Of a stretch of 64,000 nt of DNA, positions 62,028-64,000 are shown one piece after another. Origin of the DNA: Nostoc sp. (GTDB lineage Bacteria; Cyanobacteriota; Cyanobacteriia; Cyanobacteriales; Nostocaceae); contig JBALDB010000065.1 of the NCBI GenBank assembly GCA_036918135.1, forward strand, positions 63,609 to 127,608, given 5' to 3'. Below the pieces are notes generated by a model, which worked only from the letters and a program-made list of their open reading frames with translations, made no database searches and was not told the DNA's origin. Both the position numbers and the translations under genes were made by a program. The first letter of the stretch is position 1, and each line of letters begins with the position of its first letter.

Positions 62028-64000
62028 TGAGCAATTATCTCTTTGATTTGATAGCTAAAAGCTTTAATCTAATCGATACAGTTCAACCTCTTGTCTTATC
62101 AGTCTTTGAACCGTTACCGGAAGCTAACCTTGACTGGGAGCAATTGATTACCATAGAATCAACTGAGTTAGAAACAACATCACAAACAGATAGATTTTCT
62201 AATCCTGAGATTTTGGAATCGTTGGAGTGGCGATCGCCTACAACAAATTTGCAAATATCTGAAGAGATAACTAACCCGTTTTTAACTAATTTATCTTCAA
62301 CACCCGTTCAATCTTCCCAACAGATACTAAAGTCAATTTCTAATTTGGTACGCAAGTCTGACTTAGAATTATCCTCTAATCGGTCTTTTTCAGAGTCAGT
62401 ATTAACTCAAATCAGTACCGAGAATCAGCAATTGGCTTCAAACATAGAGCAAAAAAAAAGCATTACTTTACCAACTTTTATTCCTGTTTTATCAGGAAAA
62501 CAACCGACTAAAATTAATCCTGTTGTTTCTTTTGTTCAATCTGCAAACATAGATAATCGGCAATTAGCTTCAAACACAGAGCAAAAACCAACGACTACTC
62601 CACTAACTTTTGCTCCTGTTTTTCCAGATAAACAACCGACTAAAATTAATCCTGTTGTTTCTTTTGTCGAATCTGTAAACATTAATAATCAGCAATTAGC
62701 TTTAAACACAGAGCAAAAACCAACGACTACTCCACTAACTTTTGCTCCTGTTTTATCAGAAAAACAACCAAATACAATTAATTTGGAACCATTTCACGCT
62801 CAACCTTTTTTAGAATCAAAAACATTTTCAACAAATCTAAATCAAATACTACCTCATCCCAATACACAAATATTGAAGTCTGTATTTTTACCACAAACAA
62901 AGACTTTTTTATCGAATCGTCTTATTTCTGTACAGAATACAGAATCAAATACTTCTCTCTCTAACCCAATCTCAAAACAGAGGCAGCTTACACCTAAATT
63001 TTTGCTCCAGCAACCAATTGAGATTAATCATCTAGATTTATCTTTGCAAATACCTTTCAATGAAAACTCAACAAAGTCAGTAATATTTCCATTTGCTCCT
63101 CAAGAGAAAACATTTTCACAGCCAAATCTGAATACGACAATTTTTAGGACTGCGATTGCCAAGGAAAACAATGCTCGTATCTCAAATTTAGTTGCAGAAA
63201 AATCGGGAGAACTTACAACTCAATTCTTAAATAAACAATCGCTTGAAATTAGTCGAATAGTTTCTCTTCATCACTTACCAAAGGTGTTGAATTTTAAAGA
63301 AACTAGTACTATCTTATCAATCCCTAACGTTATACAACAGGGAAAATCTACAACTGAAAACTTACATAAGCAATCTAGAGACATTAATCCAGTCTTTACC
63401 CATTCTCAGTTACCATTGGTCGAAAGTTCTGAAGCATTTCCCTCTCAACTTCAATCAGAACTAACAGTGATACCTTTAGTAAGCTTTGCTAACGCACCTA
63501 CTATTACTAAATTGTCGCCTTTAACACCTGCCTTAGCAGTTGAAACTAACACTCCTACTTTTAGTGCGTTTCAACCACAGGAACAGCTTATAACTGAATC
63601 ATCACAAAAGCGATTATTACAAATAGGAAATATTTCAAGCTCAAAAATATTATCAAGCCAGATTGTAGAACAACCAACAGCGATACTTCTGGTAAGCTTT
63701 GCTAACACATCTGCTATTACTCAAGAGTCGCCTTTAACACCTGTCTTAGCAGTCGAAACTATTACTCCCATTTCTACTACAATTCAACCACAGCAACAAC
63801 TTACTAATGAATTCCCACAAAACCAAACGCTACAAACACCAAATATTTTAAATTCAGAAATATTATCAAGCCAGATTGTAGAACAACCAACAGCGATACC
63901 TCCGCTAAGCTTTGCTAACACATCTGCTATTACTCAAGAGTCGCCTTTAACACCTGTCTTAGCAGTCGAAACTATTACTCCCATTTCTACTACAATTCAA
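62027..64000 (+). CDS. Long low-complexity eCIS accessory protein, open to the window end (>658 aa)
   Basis: ATG overlaps the upstream stop (TAATG); MSNYLFDLIAKS...VQP...SVFEP; S/T/Q/P-rich with 132-bp and 213-bp internal repeats. Confidence 0.8.
   Translation, partial: MSNYLFDLIAKSFNLIDTVQPLVLSVFEPLPEANLDWEQLITIESTELETTSQTDRFSNPEILESLEWRSPTTNLQISEEITNPFLTNLSSTPVQSSQQILKSISNLVRKSDLELSSNRSFSESVLTQISTENQQLASNIEQKKSITLPTFIPVLSGKQPTKINPVVSFVQSANIDNRQLASNTEQKPTTTPLTFAPVFPDKQPTKINPVVSFVESVNINNQQLALNTEQKPTTTPLTFAPVLSEKQPNTINLEPFHAQPFLESKTFSTNLNQILPHPNTQILKSVFLPQTKTFLSNRLISVQNTESNTSLSNPISKQRQLTPKFLLQQPIEINHLDLSLQIPFNENSTKSVIFPFAPQEKTFSQPNLNTTIFRTAIAKENNARISNLVAEKSGELTTQFLNKQSLEISRIVSLHHLPKVLNFKETSTILSIPNVIQQGKSTTENLHKQSRDINPVFTHSQLPLVESSEAFPSQLQSELTVIPLVSFANAPTITKLSPLTPALAVETNTPTFSAFQPQEQLITESSQKRLLQIGNISSSKILSSQIVEQPTAILLVSFANTSAITQESPLTPVLAVETITPISTTIQPQQQLTNEFPQNQTLQTPNILNSEILSSQIVEQPTAIPPLSFANTSAITQESPLTPVLAVETITPISTTIQ

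Noticed and set aside
1..64000. tRNA or rRNA genes
   Set aside because: No cloverleaf or rRNA-like sequence recognised by eye; the hairpins seen are SDR/REP/MITE types.

Overview
Chromosomal window from a heterocyst-forming cyanobacterium (Nostoc-like: frequent HIP1 GCGATCGC sites, STRR/SDR-type small repeats, hepA/hepC). 1-22.6 kb is the heterocyst envelope polysaccharide (HEP) gene island on the minus strand. It is followed by a TerY-P-type vWA/PP2C/kinase-TPR triad, a PatA-family regulator, pheT, yciI, a 13x21-bp tandem repeat and a Tab2-family gene. From about 34 kb to the end is an IS-scarred accessory island on the plus strand. It holds a fused E1-YcaO cyclodehydratase; a block of leaderless glycoside hydrolases (GH18-like, GH64), a sulfatase and a cupin; an amidohydrolase followed by a 350-aa protein ending PPYPYIPLTCT (candidate giant RiPP precursor); a 1933-aa kinase-AAA-GAF-AAA_35 protein and an HTH-AAA_35 partner; and the start of an extracellular contractile injection system (sheath, tube, gp26-like protein, repeat protein). 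A 12-bp-period ATGAG direct-repeat element with a conserved tail occurs twice, ahead of the hydrolase block and ahead of the eCIS, suggesting one co-regulated antagonism system. All calls come from motif reading only; no database search was run.
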